A stretch of 60,341 nucleotides of DNA, the filler included, from Hausera hauseri (Eukaryota): assembly GCA_046269625.1 (NCBI GenBank). It is 10 parts of 10 records of this genome, joined end to end, with 100 filler letters (N's around TTAATTAATTAA, not from the genome) between each part and the next. Parts side by side here need not be neighbours in the genome. Positions count along the whole stretch, not along the records: positions 34,795 to 39,860 come from JBJURY010346824.1; positions 39,961 to 46,458 come from JBJURY010093432.1; positions 46,559 to 50,552 come from JBJURY010832858.1; 7 more parts are not named here. One strand, written 5' to 3'. Below the pieces are notes generated by a model, which did no database searches, was not told the origin of the DNA, and saw nothing but the letters and a program-made list of their open reading frames with translations. Positions 37,520 through 50,652 of this stretch are shown here, one piece after another. The position numbers and the translations under genes were made by a program. The number at the start of each line of letters is the position of its first letter. Within the stretch, counting starts at the first letter, position 1.

Positions 37520-38100
37520 TTGCGACTTCTTTTGCTTTTGATGGAATTATTTAAAATTTCTGCTTTCACTCCGAAGCTACAGGGACCGAGGGTGGATAGG
37601 ACGAAAGGAAACAATTCAAAAGGTGAGCAATTGACGCCGACATGTTCATCGAATCGACAAGTCGGAGATAACATTCGAATAAATTCTTTTTTGTACTGAC
37701 TAACGTTTCAGTGACTGCCAAAGTCTTAAGCCGGCTGAGATTAACAGTATACGGGCGAGTTTCAATGAGTCTGGTTAGATAGCGTACATTAATACCCTTC
37801 TGGTGCATGGCATCAGCTAAACTACAACCGTTCTGCCGTGTGAAGAGTACATCCAAACAGTCGTTCATCAAGTGTAAAAAAGATGGTATTCCAAATAAAC
37901 ATTTGTCGTTCCTTAGATTCACCGGGATCGGTAGCCATTAAGTGACTATAATGAAGTGACAATAAGCACTGGTTCGGCTTTATTACTGAATCCGGTGGAT
38001 GAAGAGACATTAGTGGAGGACTATACAAATGGAAATATTGTGTTCTATCGGCATTATTATTTAAAATGGGTGAAATACAGTCTGGTGGCTGAACATCACC
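37520..38100 (-). pseudogene. Clustered mitochondria (clueless/CLUH) gene fragment
   Basis: NGCSLADAMHQKGINVRYL...LAVTE...SASIAHLLNCFL matches the CLU-central domain; stops lie nearby. Confidence 0.75.
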
Positions 38101-39960
38101 GATTTCATTACTGATTATAAATGTATTCTCATGTAGCACTCCATTTGTCAAAGTACTAACAAAAGATAAAGACGTGATCTTTTCCTAAGTGCGCGTCTGA
38201 AAGGTAAACTGACCTCAACAAATCATGAATATGTTTGAAATGAAATTTGGATTCTCAAACATTGTATAGTTCTACAACGAATCGAACCGCAATGTTTGCT
38301 ATTTCTCCAGCTAGGTTAAGATTAGGGTCATTATCAGACATTCCATGATCAAAAAGTATGATATCAACAAGAAATAGAAGGTTTCAATAAAAGGTATATT
38401 AAAAAAATGATTGCCGAACGATTCGTATACAATTACAAATCTTACCCCACCGTGTACCAGGTTCGCGAACGAGAATAAAGTGGAAGTATCCAGAATGTTC
38501 GTGGATAGGCGTAGTAATTTCTGACATTCAAATATCCTTTCCAGTATGTCTTTATTTGCAGTTTCAGTATAGACCGAAAGAAAATTTTCTGTACATGGTT
38601 GAATGTTTTAACTGTGCTACAAATTCATTAGCAAAATTTTGAGATCTTTGACCATTCAGTAAAAATGCGTAATTTACACAAAACTGTAAAACGGAACTAG
38701 CTGACATGTTTTCAAAAATCTTTTGACACCATTGTTGTTTCATTGTTATTTATGGAATTTTACGTAATTCCATTGTTGGGAAGCAAAATATGTAAGCAGA
38801 TATAACCATTACAGATTTAATATTTTTTAAACATCAAACATCAATTTTTGTTATTATACAGGAAAAATCAAAATTCCAATCGTTTAATGATTCAAGTATT
38901 TTTATGATTATAAAAATCACTTTAATATGGATGCATGATAATGTAAACGAATTATATTTGGTCAGTGATGAGATCTTCATGAACAAACATTGAATAGGTA
39001 TTAAAATATTAACCAAAGTTGATGTAAAATGTTAGTATTAAAAGCCCAAGTGACAAATTCTAGTGAATCTTGCCGTTCCCGATTCCTCATACCCAGTTGT
39101 TTGAAAAAAACTCTAAGATCTTTAGAAAATACATGTTTACGTGATGCCTTTCGTTTTTCTTCGTCCACCATAGTTTTTCTTCTTGGATTATACTGGCCGA
39201 CATACAGTACAGGTTTTGCAGATATGGAAACATTAAAATGATTCAAAAGAGTCGATTCTGCTGCTTTCAATTCTTCGAAATTTTGCAAAGCTCGAAAATG
39301 AGATCTTTCATGGATTTCAAACAATTTGAACTGTAATTGAATCGGTAGTTGAAGAGCGGTAATATCCAGAACGTCAATGAGACATAACCCACATTGTCGC
39401 CAATCTTCAGACGTATGGAATATAAGTGTATGAATCTAAAAAGAGGATCTCAAAATAAACAACAGTCAATATCACACCTGTTTCTCGAAGTTATTTTGAA
39501 AGCCCCTGAGACAAAGCAAACAGATATTAAACGGATCAGAATTTTGGCTAAATTTTCCCCGTTGAATCTGATAATTCTGCAGTCGTTCAAATTCACCCAA
39601 ATGCATACTTGTTATATGATNNNNNNNNNNACCTTTAAATTCGCACTCATTACAAATGACATAAGAATTTTGTTTCATGTGAATTTTCATTTTCGGCGTA
39701 ATAAAATTCTCCAGTTGACATTTAGACTGCCGACAATGGTAACATAAAATATGGGCTGTGAAATGAGCAAGATTGGTAAACATCTTACCACATAGTTCTT
39801 TCTTATTGATCTTGTTAATGGTACAAATGAGAGAATTTTTAAATTCGTCTAATACAAATCNNNNNNNNNNNNNNNNNNNNNNNNNNNNNNNNNNNNNNNN
39901 NNNNTTAATTAATTAANNNNNNNNNNNNNNNNNNNNNNNNNNNNNNNNNNNNNNNNNNNN

Positions 39961-40621
39961 TTGACCTTTCAAAACCCATTGTTTATCTCAACTGTGGTTG
40001 ACCCGATACACCCACTTCTCGTCCGAAATCACAATCCGCTTCCAAAAGCCGATCATTCAATGGATTGTTGAGCAGCTGACGGCAAATTTCAACTCGTTTG
40101 GCAGTTTTAGCTTGGTTAAGTTCGTGCGGATGAAGCTGCTTCAAATGGTTCCAGACAGTTACGTTTGAGACACCAAGTTCTGCTGCCAAATCGCGCGTGC
40201 TTGACGAAGGTTCAATGCCCAATTCGGCTTGAAAATCTCCATCATCACATTTAGTCATACGACCTGGGCGTGGCTGATCTTCCAATGTTTCGTCACCGTT
40301 TCTGAACTTGGCAAACCATTCCTTAGCTATAGGTTGGCCATTTTTTCTCTTTCCATAGATTTCGTTGATTTTTGTTTCGGTGCTTTCTGACGCATTCGTG
40401 TCCAATTTCCATTGAAAACGTAATAATAACCGTTTTTGTTCCCCAGTCAACTCCATTCTAAACAAATATAGACGAATAATATAGTTTATCAATAATAATA
40501 GTATATAAAAATACGCGCAAGAAAACGGGCTTTCAAATGAAGCCAAAACCATAAAATGGCTTGAAAATAAAAAATTTAGATCCATGAGTTTGCAAAGGTC
40601 TGAAACTTTTTAACAACCTAA
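39961..40621 (-). mobile_element. Mariner DNA transposon, 5' part (transposase ATG at 40456, frameshifted)
   Basis: TA + TTAGGTTGTTAAAAAG.. TIR at 40621; WFAKFRNGDETLEDQPRPGR, PHEL, and a frameshifted D-EKWV. Confidence 0.92.
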
Positions 40622-40625
40622 TATA

Positions 40626-42426
40626 TCAGGGGATGTAGTACTGTAGAAAGCAATTTCTGGTATTAGTGACACACAGACAGCAATTACATTTAATGCATTT
40701 CATTCGTACGTATTGCCCACAAAATTTGCAGCCTTGCTTTAATTCACAATAATCAGGATAATGTCCGACGTTGTCATAGCGAGGTGTTTCATTCACCAGT
40801 TGCACACGATGTGACTTCTTGGGCGGATTGCTTGCGATGTCATTTTCCAACTGATTCGCCGATTCTGTAGTCGATGTCGCACTTTTCAACTGCTGACCCT
40901 AGCGATTCTCTCCAAGACCGGATGGAAATTTGTTATTCATGCATAATGACTGGCTTATTTTGCATGTGTATTGCAAGAGATCCAACATTTCATTAGCATT
41001 CATATCATGCTGGCAATGACCCTTGTATAGTAGACAACCATTAACTACTGCTACATTCATTGCCCAGAAAAATATTCTCCTATAGCATTTCGTGCTCTTG
41101 TGATCGATCCTGTAAAAGTCCATTAACATATCGAAGAGATCCACGACGTCCATGTTTGCGTTGTATTCTCGAACAATAGTTGAACATGATACCTGGAGAA
41201 ATTTTTTTCCTTTCGATTTCATCGGTATAGTTGTCACCTGTACAGTTTGTCGTCGAAAGCTGAATAGCTGAACTCTCCATCCAACGGACAATGCTTAGGC
41301 CATTCGCTGAGTCGTAGCGTGCATCAAGAGATCCTCTTCCTTTCCTCTTTAGAATTTTCTCTAACGTTATTACGCAGTTCCACAGTCGGTTAGAACGAAT
41401 TGTCCTAATTGACCAAATTATCTGTAGTTCGAAACATGTAAACTAGTTATCGAAATAAACCTTGAAATTTTGATGTTTGGGTAGCGTTTGACTTAACTTC
41501 AGTACGAAGTCTCCAAACTGAAATCCGCAACTTTCTACCACCTCATGACGTCCCGTCGTATCGTATGAAATCATAGGTTAGACCAGTTACGCCACATCTT
41601 GCTAGAAATTTAAACCCGACTTTTTTGTTTTTTTGGTATATATTGACGTAGGCTGTTCTTACCTTTGTACGGAATAAATTGTTCGTCTAAAGACATTTTT
41701 GGTTTTGGTTCAGATAGTAATGGACAAATTTTATGGTAAAGGTCAGTGTGGATCATCGCGGTTGTAAATAGTGGTATTATTATCATTGAAGTGATAAAAT
41801 CTGTGCAGTTCTCTGAACTTATTTCTGGACATGACATCGGCGATGGGTGCGTAACGAAAATCTTTGCTCCAGTACATATAATATCTTGGCATTTGCACCA
41901 GTCCCATTCTCAGCAAAATGTCGATGTGCTGTTCAATTTCTGCCTTGCTTGTTACGAAGGAAGAACCTTCTTGTGCAGCATGTAAATTACTTTGTTCGAC
42001 CATCAGTGAAATGATCCCACCTATGCATTACTTCTTGAAGTATTCAAGTAGCTATGGAGAGTATGTTGAAGGTTCTAAGGAAGCAGTGTTGTAAGTAACT
42101 TTGTGGTTTGGTCGTTGCATTCTCTTCCATACGAACTTACATTTAGACGTAATACTAACTGGTTTATTTTTATTTCAACAGTAATGCAACAGTTGCTATT
42201 ATCCATTTCAATGAAGTCGAAGGTAATTATACGCAATATTGTATGACATCAAATATATCGCCATATCATACTGCCTGCATGCACACAGATATATTATGTC
42301 TGAAATTATCACTAAATGACATGCATACACTTCGAGATATGCATGAAATGTATAACCTTCGTCAATAGTACTACGAAACACCACTTTTTGCAATGACGCC
42401 AAATGGAGTCGTTGATCGCGAAAGAG
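40626..42426 (-). mobile_element. piggyBac transposon with decayed transposase
   Basis: TTAA at 42427-42430 followed by CTCTTT terminus; SLDEQFIPYKGKNSLRQYIPKK, YFDN, YNANMDVVDLFD, and C-terminal CKFC..CIKCNCCLC..NCF..Y. Confidence 0.92.
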
Positions 42427-42739
42427 TTAAATAATTATTTTTATCAATATTTCTATTAAATAAGAAGTACCCGTTCATGTGAATTTCCCACCGAAAATGT
42501 TTGTATTTTTCGAAATATTGAATATTTAATATTAAAAAATAATTTTAATCTACTCGATGCAAAGTATTTTTTCAAGGTTTTGTCGATATTTTAAGCAAAC
42601 AATGGCTCATTTTCATAAAATTTAAAAATTATGGGTTGATTATTTAATATCACAAATTAAAAAAATATTAAAGAAAAAATTGTCAAAATTATTTGTTTCA
42701 AAATCCATATTAAAACATTCATTAAAAACTTTTACAACT

Positions 42740-44185
42740 ATGACTCAAGCAGACGTTGGACTGATTGGTTTAGCAGTGATGGGTCAAAATCTGGCACTCA
42801 ACTTGAATGATCATGGATTCAAAGTATGTCTATACAATTACACCACTCAGGAAATAGACAAATTTCTGGAAAATAACAAAGAATCCAATTTTGTTGGAGC
42901 CTACAGTGCTCAGGAATTTGTTCGAAAACTGAAGTCTCCAAGAAAGATAATTTTACTTGTACGAGCTGGATCACCGGTTGATTATTTCATTGATCAATTG
43001 ACCCCGTTATTGGATGAAGGGGATATCATTATTGACAGTGGGAATTCTGATTATACAGACACCAATAGACGTTGTAAGGCACTAAAAGAAAAGAACATCC
43101 TATTCATCGGAAGCGGCATCAGTGGAGGTGAAGATGGTGCACGAAACGGACCAAGTTTCATGCCTGGTGGCCATGCTGAAGCATGGCCTCATGTCAAACC
43201 AATTCTTCAAACAGTTGCAGCTAAAGTTGACAATGGAGAACCTTGCTGTGACTGGTTGGGATTAGACGGATCAGGGCATTTTGTGAAGATGGTTCACAAT
43301 GGTATTGAGTATGGAGACATGCAGGTGATCTCAGAAGCATATCATATTATGAGAGATTTACTTCACATGTCGAATGAAGAAATGGCAGAAACCTTTGAAG
43401 AATGGAATAAAGGTGAATTAGAATCATTTTTGATCGACATCACGAGTCAAATTCTAAAATTCAAAACTGAAGATGGGGAATATTTAGTGAATAATATTCT
43501 GGACTGTGCAGGTCAGAAAGGAACAGGCAAATGGACGGCATCTAATGCCTTAGAGTTCGGAGTGCCGGTAACTCTGATTGCTGAAAGTGTTTTTTCGAGA
43601 TATTTATCATCGTTGAAATCTATTCGAGTTGAGGCCAGTAAACAACTTCCCGGAACAGAATGGAAATTTTCTGGCGATAAGAAAGAATTGCTCAATGATT
43701 TGAAATTGGCCCTCTATGCCAGTAAAATTGTATCATACACACAAGGGTTCATGATGATTAAATTAATATCCGATCAGAATCGGTGGGAATTGAATTTGGG
43801 AAATATTGCATTAATGTGGAGAGGAGGATGCATCATCAGAAGTCAGTTCCTCAAGAACATCAAAGAAGCGTATGAGAAAGATTCAAATTTGACAATTCTT
43901 TTGTTTGACGAACATTTCAGACAAGAAATTGCCAGGTGTCAAAATAGTTGGCGGAAAGTTGTTTCCACGGCAGTTTTGAATGGAATTCCCGCTCCAGCAT
44001 TTTCGTCAGCGTTGGCTTTTTATGATGCTTTGAAGACTGACAAATTACCTGCGAATCTTCTGCAAGCTCAACGAGATTATTTTGGTGCACATCAATTCGA
44101 GTTGTTGAGTAATCCTGGAACATTTTACCATGCTAACTGGACGGGCCATACGGGAAATTCTACGTCTTCAGCTTATCAGGCATAA
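42740..44185 (+). CDS. PGD: 6-phosphogluconate dehydrogenase, decarboxylating; intronless, 481 aa
   Basis: GLIGLAVMGQNL, GISGGEDGARNGPSFMPGG, GHFVKMVHNGIEYGDMQ, GQKGTGKWT, MWRGGCIIRS, LPANLLQAQRDYFGAH; eukaryote-type C-terminus. The ATG at 42740 is preferred over the TTG at 42680. Confidence 0.97.
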   Translation: MTQADVGLIGLAVMGQNLALNLNDHGFKVCLYNYTTQEIDKFLENNKESNFVGAYSAQEFVRKLKSPRKIILLVRAGSPVDYFIDQLTPLLDEGDIIIDSGNSDYTDTNRRCKALKEKNILFIGSGISGGEDGARNGPSFMPGGHAEAWPHVKPILQTVAAKVDNGEPCCDWLGLDGSGHFVKMVHNGIEYGDMQVISEAYHIMRDLLHMSNEEMAETFEEWNKGELESFLIDITSQILKFKTEDGEYLVNNILDCAGQKGTGKWTASNALEFGVPVTLIAESVFSRYLSSLKSIRVEASKQLPGTEWKFSGDKKELLNDLKLALYASKIVSYTQGFMMIKLISDQNRWELNLGNIALMWRGGCIIRSQFLKNIKEAYEKDSNLTILLFDEHFRQEIARCQNSWRKVVSTAVLNGIPAPAFSSALAFYDALKTDKLPANLLQAQRDYFGAHQFELLSNPGTFYHANWTGHTGNSTSSAYQA

Positions 44186-44479
44186 TTGCGATTTGTAATT
44201 TAAAATAAATTTTGTTTTGCAATTTTTGTCCTTTGTTATTTTTCATATATTTCTATGATAAACGAATGGTGTAAGAAAAATATATTTTCGAATATTTATA
44301 AAATGAAATAACACCATTTCTCAGAAACGATATTGGAGAATTTATAACATTTATATGATAAAAATCTAATATTTTATATATTCTCATTAAAATAAAAAAT
44401 TATATTCATTAAAATACCATCTGTATTAAAATGTAAGATGTTTATTGATTTATTATCAAACAAGAATTTTATTGCATTC

Positions 44480-45520
44480 AACTCAAACTTCCTTAATTCC
44501 GGTTAATTTTCCATCGATCACAAATGTACGTAAATTTATGTTTGACTTAGTTTGATAGACACAACAATTTTCCCACCTTTATTTTTAGTTTCTAATACAA
44601 TTACTGTGACCCTTCCAATTATTAATTCAAACACATACACACGTTCTTCGCAGTTCCCATAAGCATTGGAAGACCAGAACAAACAAGAACAAAAAAATAT
44701 ATAATTAACGGTATACCTGTTAATAAGTGTATATGTCCAACAAAATTCGTCATCATTTTCATCTGTCGTAGTAAATCGTCGGCCGAAAAGATTCCATTCG
44801 ATCACATTTATTTCGTTTTATTATAACGTAGTCAATCTCAAAGAGTTTAATAGAGGAACCAAGAGCTGTTTATAATCAATAGATCCATATCCCATCCATC
44901 TGACAATAGAATCGAGAAGGTATATTTCAGTCGGAACATTGACTCTGTCGTTATCCAATGAATCTTGATTCTTGGAAACTTAACTTCAAAAAGTCCTCTT
45001 TATTAAAATTTTCCGAGAGATTCTCCAGTAGGAAGAGACTGTTCTTCGAGAAGATTGAGAGATTTTGTTGTTTGACCAATCTCCATAAATTCCAGTAGTT
45101 GCTGATTTTGATACTGTTTATCGGAAATATTCCACATAATTCCAACAACGATGTAACGTCAATTCGTTTCACAATATCAATTAATTTTCCTACGTTTTCG
45201 TAAAGAATATTTACTTTGTCGATATCAACATATCGTAATATAATTTCTAAATCCTGTGGTTGATCTAGAACGAAGTCTAAATTTTCACTTTCATTACTTG
45301 ACTGCAAAAGATTCCAAAATGTATAGTTAATAGTGACCAACTGGAATTCATTCGTAATTAAATTCAGAGATTCGTTTGTGTAAAGTTCTTTGATTAACGT
45401 CCAGAATATCTCGGAGTCTAAAAGATAAATTGAATCAGTTTCTGTATCACACGTCATTGTCACATAAATTTTCTTTCTGAACTCCAGTCTGCAAACGTTG
45501 ACGATTAACAGCATTAACAA
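44480..45520 (-). pseudogene. BTB-BACK (Kelch-like) protein remnant
   Basis: LEIILRYV..VNI..ENV..L...LLELC..F..NYWNLW..FLKLS, then frameshifted DRVNVPTEIYLLDSIVRWM.Y (BACK signature). Confidence 0.65.
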
Positions 45521-46122
45521 TTAAATCTAAGCTTTATTTTAATATAGTCGTCCTATGAATGCTAATTAATCCAAATGACTGAAAAGTACAAAATTCATAA
45601 ACTGTATGAAAAGGTTAGGTCTGAGGGGGCAAGCAATAATTCTGACTACACATTATTAGAAAAATTCCTAATGGCCTATTTATACAGCACCAGTAACACA
45701 GAATTAGACAAGAATGCCGGCACGCAGATGTCTAGAGTAACCTTTGAACCGTTTAACCCTCGATCAATTAGTGCCGCTAATAGTTTTCAGCTTGCAGGTG
45801 TACACTTATGGCGAAGCTGTTTGTGCAAGGAACATTTGTTTGTCTTAGCCTTTGGCTGTTTTCACCGTCTCTCATTTTACTGCCAGAAAATCGACAACTT
45901 AGAAACATTCGCTTCCGAATAGAAGGCACTTCGTCTTCTGCTTTCGAATGCTTTGGTCATTCTAGATATGAAGTCGACAGATGTAGTCTAGTGTTCTCGT
46001 GGTTCAAGATTTAGTCCAGCAGTTTTCCCCGAGTTTCCCCTTACGTCAGTTCTCATTGGTTTTACATTGTGATACAGTGGGCAGTTGTCTAATATGTACT
46101 ATAGGGTCTGGATTTATGTTCA

Positions 46123-46125
<3 letters not shown>

Positions 46126-46157
<32 letters not shown>
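46126..46157. repeat. (TG)n microsatellite
   Basis: Direct inspection. Confidence 0.95.
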
Positions 46158-46158
<1 letters not shown>

Positions 46159-46163
46159 TACTC

Positions 46164-46458
46164 AGGGGCGGTCGAGGGACTCAGTCGTCTCGAAGTACGA
46201 CGTCCACCTCGAATGCTAGATGTACGGGGTTCAAATCTCGGTGGAAACACTTGCGATATTTTGTGTTCCTGAATCCTCCCGATCCGTGGGAAGTGAGATC
46301 GGACGTCCGTTTACATTGTCGTGCACGTTAAAAATCCCTTGGCAGTTGCAAATCGAGCAAGAATAGGCCTAAAGGCCACTGCCCCGGCAAAAGTCTAGAA
46401 AAAAATCTATCCAACTTGCAGGGTTCTAGCCGGTGCAGCGGAGCACGTACACTGAGTT
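46164..46458 (+). mobile_element. Probable tRNA-derived SINE
   Basis: GGGGCGG start, B-box GGTTCAAATC at 46228, and a downstream GCACGTTAAAAATCCC block resembling a conserved central domain of invertebrate SINEs. Confidence 0.5.
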
Positions 46459-46558
46459 NNNNNNNNNNNNNNNNNNNNNNNNNNNNNNNNNNNNNNNNNN
46501 NNTTAATTAATTAANNNNNNNNNNNNNNNNNNNNNNNNNNNNNNNNNNNNNNNNNNNN

Positions 46559-49500
46559 TTGGGCTTAACAATGAGTTTCTTTGTCCTTTTCCAGTCACAT
46601 ACCAACTCAATTTTTATCCGTTTCCGGATGTTATCCATAGTTTTACCAAAGACCGAGTTGTTGTATAGTTTGAATGGGTCCTTTTCAAACTCGTTATTGG
46701 CATTGGCCCTCAACTGGGTATTGAGGTCTATGTATGGATTCAGCCATTTTGACTGGTTGAACTTCAGGGTCCGATGAATCCTGATGACTCGGAGTCCATT
46801 TTGGATGGCCTGTTGGAGATTTATGTCGTGGACTACATACCTCTCCCTCTTTTCGTGGTGACCGAGCAGCTTCTTATGCTTTCCATGGTGCGGAGGCCTG
46901 CTCCCCGGCAGAAATGGCAGCTGCTCATGCCTTATGTGGATGCTATGTGGTTATTTCACATCCGCCTGCAGTATATAACCCGTATCTCCAGTGGGATCGA
47001 AGTCCAATATTGGGATGTCTTTAGGATTCTCGACCCATTTGAAGTTATCATAGGGCAATGGGCTGATCATTGCCCATCCATACAAGTTTTTGGCATCCAG
47101 ATATGATATATGAGGATTCCTTCGATAGGTCATAATCTTCCATGTATTTGTCGTTGGCCTCACTGTACCTGTGAATAGCCTGGCATATTCCACCCATAAT
47201 GCCTCTCTCAACCATGAGGACCATACTGTAATCCTTTAATATCTGGAGCCTTATGCCGGTATAGCGCAACGTCGCCGCCCAGCTCATTCCTGGAGCTGTA
47301 CAGAAATGGGCTGGATCTAACTTGTGGCTCTTAAGGGTCACATTCCAGAAGCTTTCATAGATATCTAAGCAGCAGCACATACGTGAGGAGATAGATATCG
47401 CTGTATTCCCCTATTGTCCTGCACTGGATGGTTTGCTCTACTCTTTGGGCATGCCGATAGTTAGCATCGCTAATATGACTGGATGACAACTGGCTATAAA
47501 AGTCCTCCTTGATTGATAATGCTTCTTCATCCAGTGTTTCGCATGACGTTATATAGTCATAGGGAAACACGCCTTTCCTCTTGGCGAGGTTAAATGCAGT
47601 GGGGAAGAATCGATTCGTCTCCTTGAGTTCTTCTGCAGGGAGGTTCTTCACTAAACTATCCAGTGAAGAGCTCATGAAGCGGAGGCTGTCTATAAATCAA
47701 AGTCTAATGCAGCCCACATGCTTACTGAAGGTGATATATTTTTCCTCACTGTTTGGAATGACATCAATGTTCCCCTCAATATTTCCCACTTCCCGAACAA
47801 TGAAGTGGAAATCATAACCACTGAGATTGTGGAACACTACAGGCACATATGTGCATATTTTGTAACGTAGATTGCAGTTGTTGCATGCTGCACCTCGATA
47901 TTTGACTGTAAAATGGCAATGATCCCTGACTTTATAATTATCCTTGGTGAAGGACTTGTCGCACAAGTAACATGTTGTTGCCTTGTGCCATTCATCTTCT
48001 TGCTGCTTCGACATGCTCATTGTACCCTTATGCTGCTGAAGCATGTTTTCAAGCCTGAGCCATGTCTTCTAATCTCTTCATAAAATGTGCTGCTGCGTCT
48101 GGCCCTCTGAATAGAAATGGTTCATTGTCCAGTCCTTTGGCAAACATACGATATGATGAGGTCATGATATTGGTATGTTATTGTGCTGCTATGTTGGGGA
48201 TTAAGGCTGAGCATGGCCTCAAAATCACCATATACGACAATTGGCACCTTCTTCATCTTCTCGAACTCCTTGAATTCCAGTTAATCCTCCTGGGGGAATT
48301 CTGCTCAGATGCAATAGTTTGTATTACAGTAGGTCTTGTGCTTCACCAGATTTTCTGCGGCTGTCCCCATTAAAATGACTAAAGCATCTCGCATATTTCC
48401 AGTTGTGATTTATGCTTCGATATTTGGGATCCTACGAAGCGCTCAACATTCTTGATCCAAATGAAATGCCTCTTTTCGCCATAATCTAGCAGGAGTAGAT
48501 CCCTATGATTATCCAATTCATCCTTGCACACATTTAATGGATAAAATTTATCCTCCTCCAATCCGAAGATGTTGATAGAGATGTTTTTCACGCTTTCAAA
48601 TTTCACGATTTTATGTAGGCTCGGCGGGAATGAAATACAGCTGAAGTCGTATGTGTTCTGCACTTTGTCATATATCCAAACTCGAGAAGCATTATGTTAA
48701 TCCTGGACTAGTTTTGATAAAATGGCATACATGAAACACATTTTGCCATTATTATGGACATTGATACATGCCTTTTTCTTAACTATCCATTCAGGAAGCG
48801 GTATGTAGGACGTGCCTCTCATGGGAGAGTACTTGTGCACATGCATAAGTAACCCCTTCATTGTTGCTAAAGTCCAACCACTCTTGTCTTGGCTTTCTTC
48901 GGCTTCGCGAATGAGCATTGTATACTCCTCAGTAATGAAATCCCTAATGTTAAAGTATTTCAATAGTGTCCTGTTCTTTGTCTTGAAGGCTCTATTAGAC
49001 AGCTCTCCTTTGACATTGGTGAAGGTGGCTTCCAATTTAAAGTTCACCTTAAGGGCCTTCAGCTCCAACAAATTGTCCTGGAGAATTCTTGCTGCTTCCT
49101 CTGAATATTGCAGGAATTCATGGAGCGATGTCTGCCCCACTGCTGCTATGAAGTATCGGCGAATTTTGCTCTTCAGTGCAGCTACATCAACTGGCCGCTG
49201 TCTTTGGCTTTTTGATGGAGCATCTGCTTCTACTTCTGATAGGCGTTTTGGTCCTGCATCGGACCTTGCTGCCAAAGCAGGCTGTGCTGCCAAAGCAAGA
49301 TGCTGCTCATTAAATATGACCTTTGACTTTGAATTGAAGTCTGTCAAATGGGCAATATGATGTTTGTAAAACTCATATTCGCCATTACATACAGCTTCAC
49401 ATCCAGGGCAAATGTAGTAGGTGACTCTATTGATATTGTATTCATAATAGCTCCTCATGGCATTGTGGCAATTATGAGGGTTGTGTATTGCACATGTGCA

Positions 49501-49826
49501 ATACACATGAACTGCATCTTTGATTTTCCTTTGGCACGAAAGTCCTTATTGGCATATTGGTACTGAATATTTGTTTTTTCGACTTAGTGAAGGAAATCAA
49601 GTGCTGTTTATGGACATTGTAAAAGTCTTCATAATTGATTTAGCACACTACCTCACATGTAGGGCACATATAATACTGAACCCTGTTGTATAGATGGCCA
49701 AAGTACTTCTTCATAATACTGTGACAATTTTCAGGCTCATGGATTTGAGCCAAACATTCGCCGTAAAGTTTGCACATCTAAAAATCAACCACTTACTTTT
49801 AAGAGCACAATTAAAAAACTCACCAT
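46559..49826 (-). pseudogene. Polinton/adintovirus-type pPolB (third copy), N-terminus through motif B, frameshifted
   Basis: RGTSYIPLPEWI..CINV..CFMYAIL, RDHCHFTVKYRGAACNNCNL, FHNLSGYDFHFI, KRKGVFPYDY, YLDAKNLYGWAM, KLYNNSVFGKTMDN. Confidence 0.93.
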
Positions 49827-50652
49827 TCATTGAAGTGATTTTGGAAATAATGAAATATATTGCCGTATCACCATGTACTTCCTCGCTTATTGGTTGGATT
49901 AATGCGCTTTTGTTTCAACGCATCAATTAAATTAAATATGTGGTGGCACTAAATTTAAGGTTTTCGACCACGAGGAATCGAAAGACGTCATTAGGTTCTG
50001 CGAATAATGCATGCTTAACAGAGTTTTCGAGCTCGAATAGCTAAGTATTCGACTTGTAAGCTCAAATTCGAATATCTAACATCATATTCCGATTCAACAT
50101 ACGTGACTTCCTATCCCACCCCGCTTGTAGATCTATGGATTTACGCTTCACTGGGCTTTAAATGCACATTTTGCTTCATTTGAAATATTGATTTTGTACC
50201 TATGTAGTACATTTTCATGGAATAATTTTTATGTGTAATGGGTTTTCATATATGAGAAACCGATTGTCGCTGTAAGATTTTTTGAATAGTTCGATATTCG
50301 ATATTCGGGCCAAAAATATTCGAAATTCGAATACCTGACTCGAGATTCGAGATCGTCATGTTCGACTTCCTATCTGTCCCCGCTAATTATAATATCGAAT
50401 TTTGCTTCCTTACTGCCTAAAAACCTAAGGGGGTCTGTCCCAGTTGCATTTTCGATGGACATGATTCGAAAACTAATCGATAAATTTAAATTCTAACTGC
50501 ACATTCGTATAGTGCATTGTATTTCTAATCGATTTCACCCGGTCACATGTCCNNNNNNNNNNNNNNNNNNNNNNNNNNNNNNNNNNNNNNNNNNNNTTAA
50601 TTAATTAANNNNNNNNNNNNNNNNNNNNNNNNNNNNNNNNNNNNNNNNNNNN

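Noticed and set aside
38200-39860. Fragmented minus-strand ORFs (39001-39324, 39472-39783)
   Set aside because: Possibly decayed coding sequence, but I cannot support any family assignment.
42680-44185. 6PGD as bacterial contamination or horizontal transfer
   Set aside because: The C-terminal HANWTGHTGNSTSSAYQA and GEPCCDW are eukaryote-type, an AATAAA follows the stop, and the neighbours are eukaryotic TEs.
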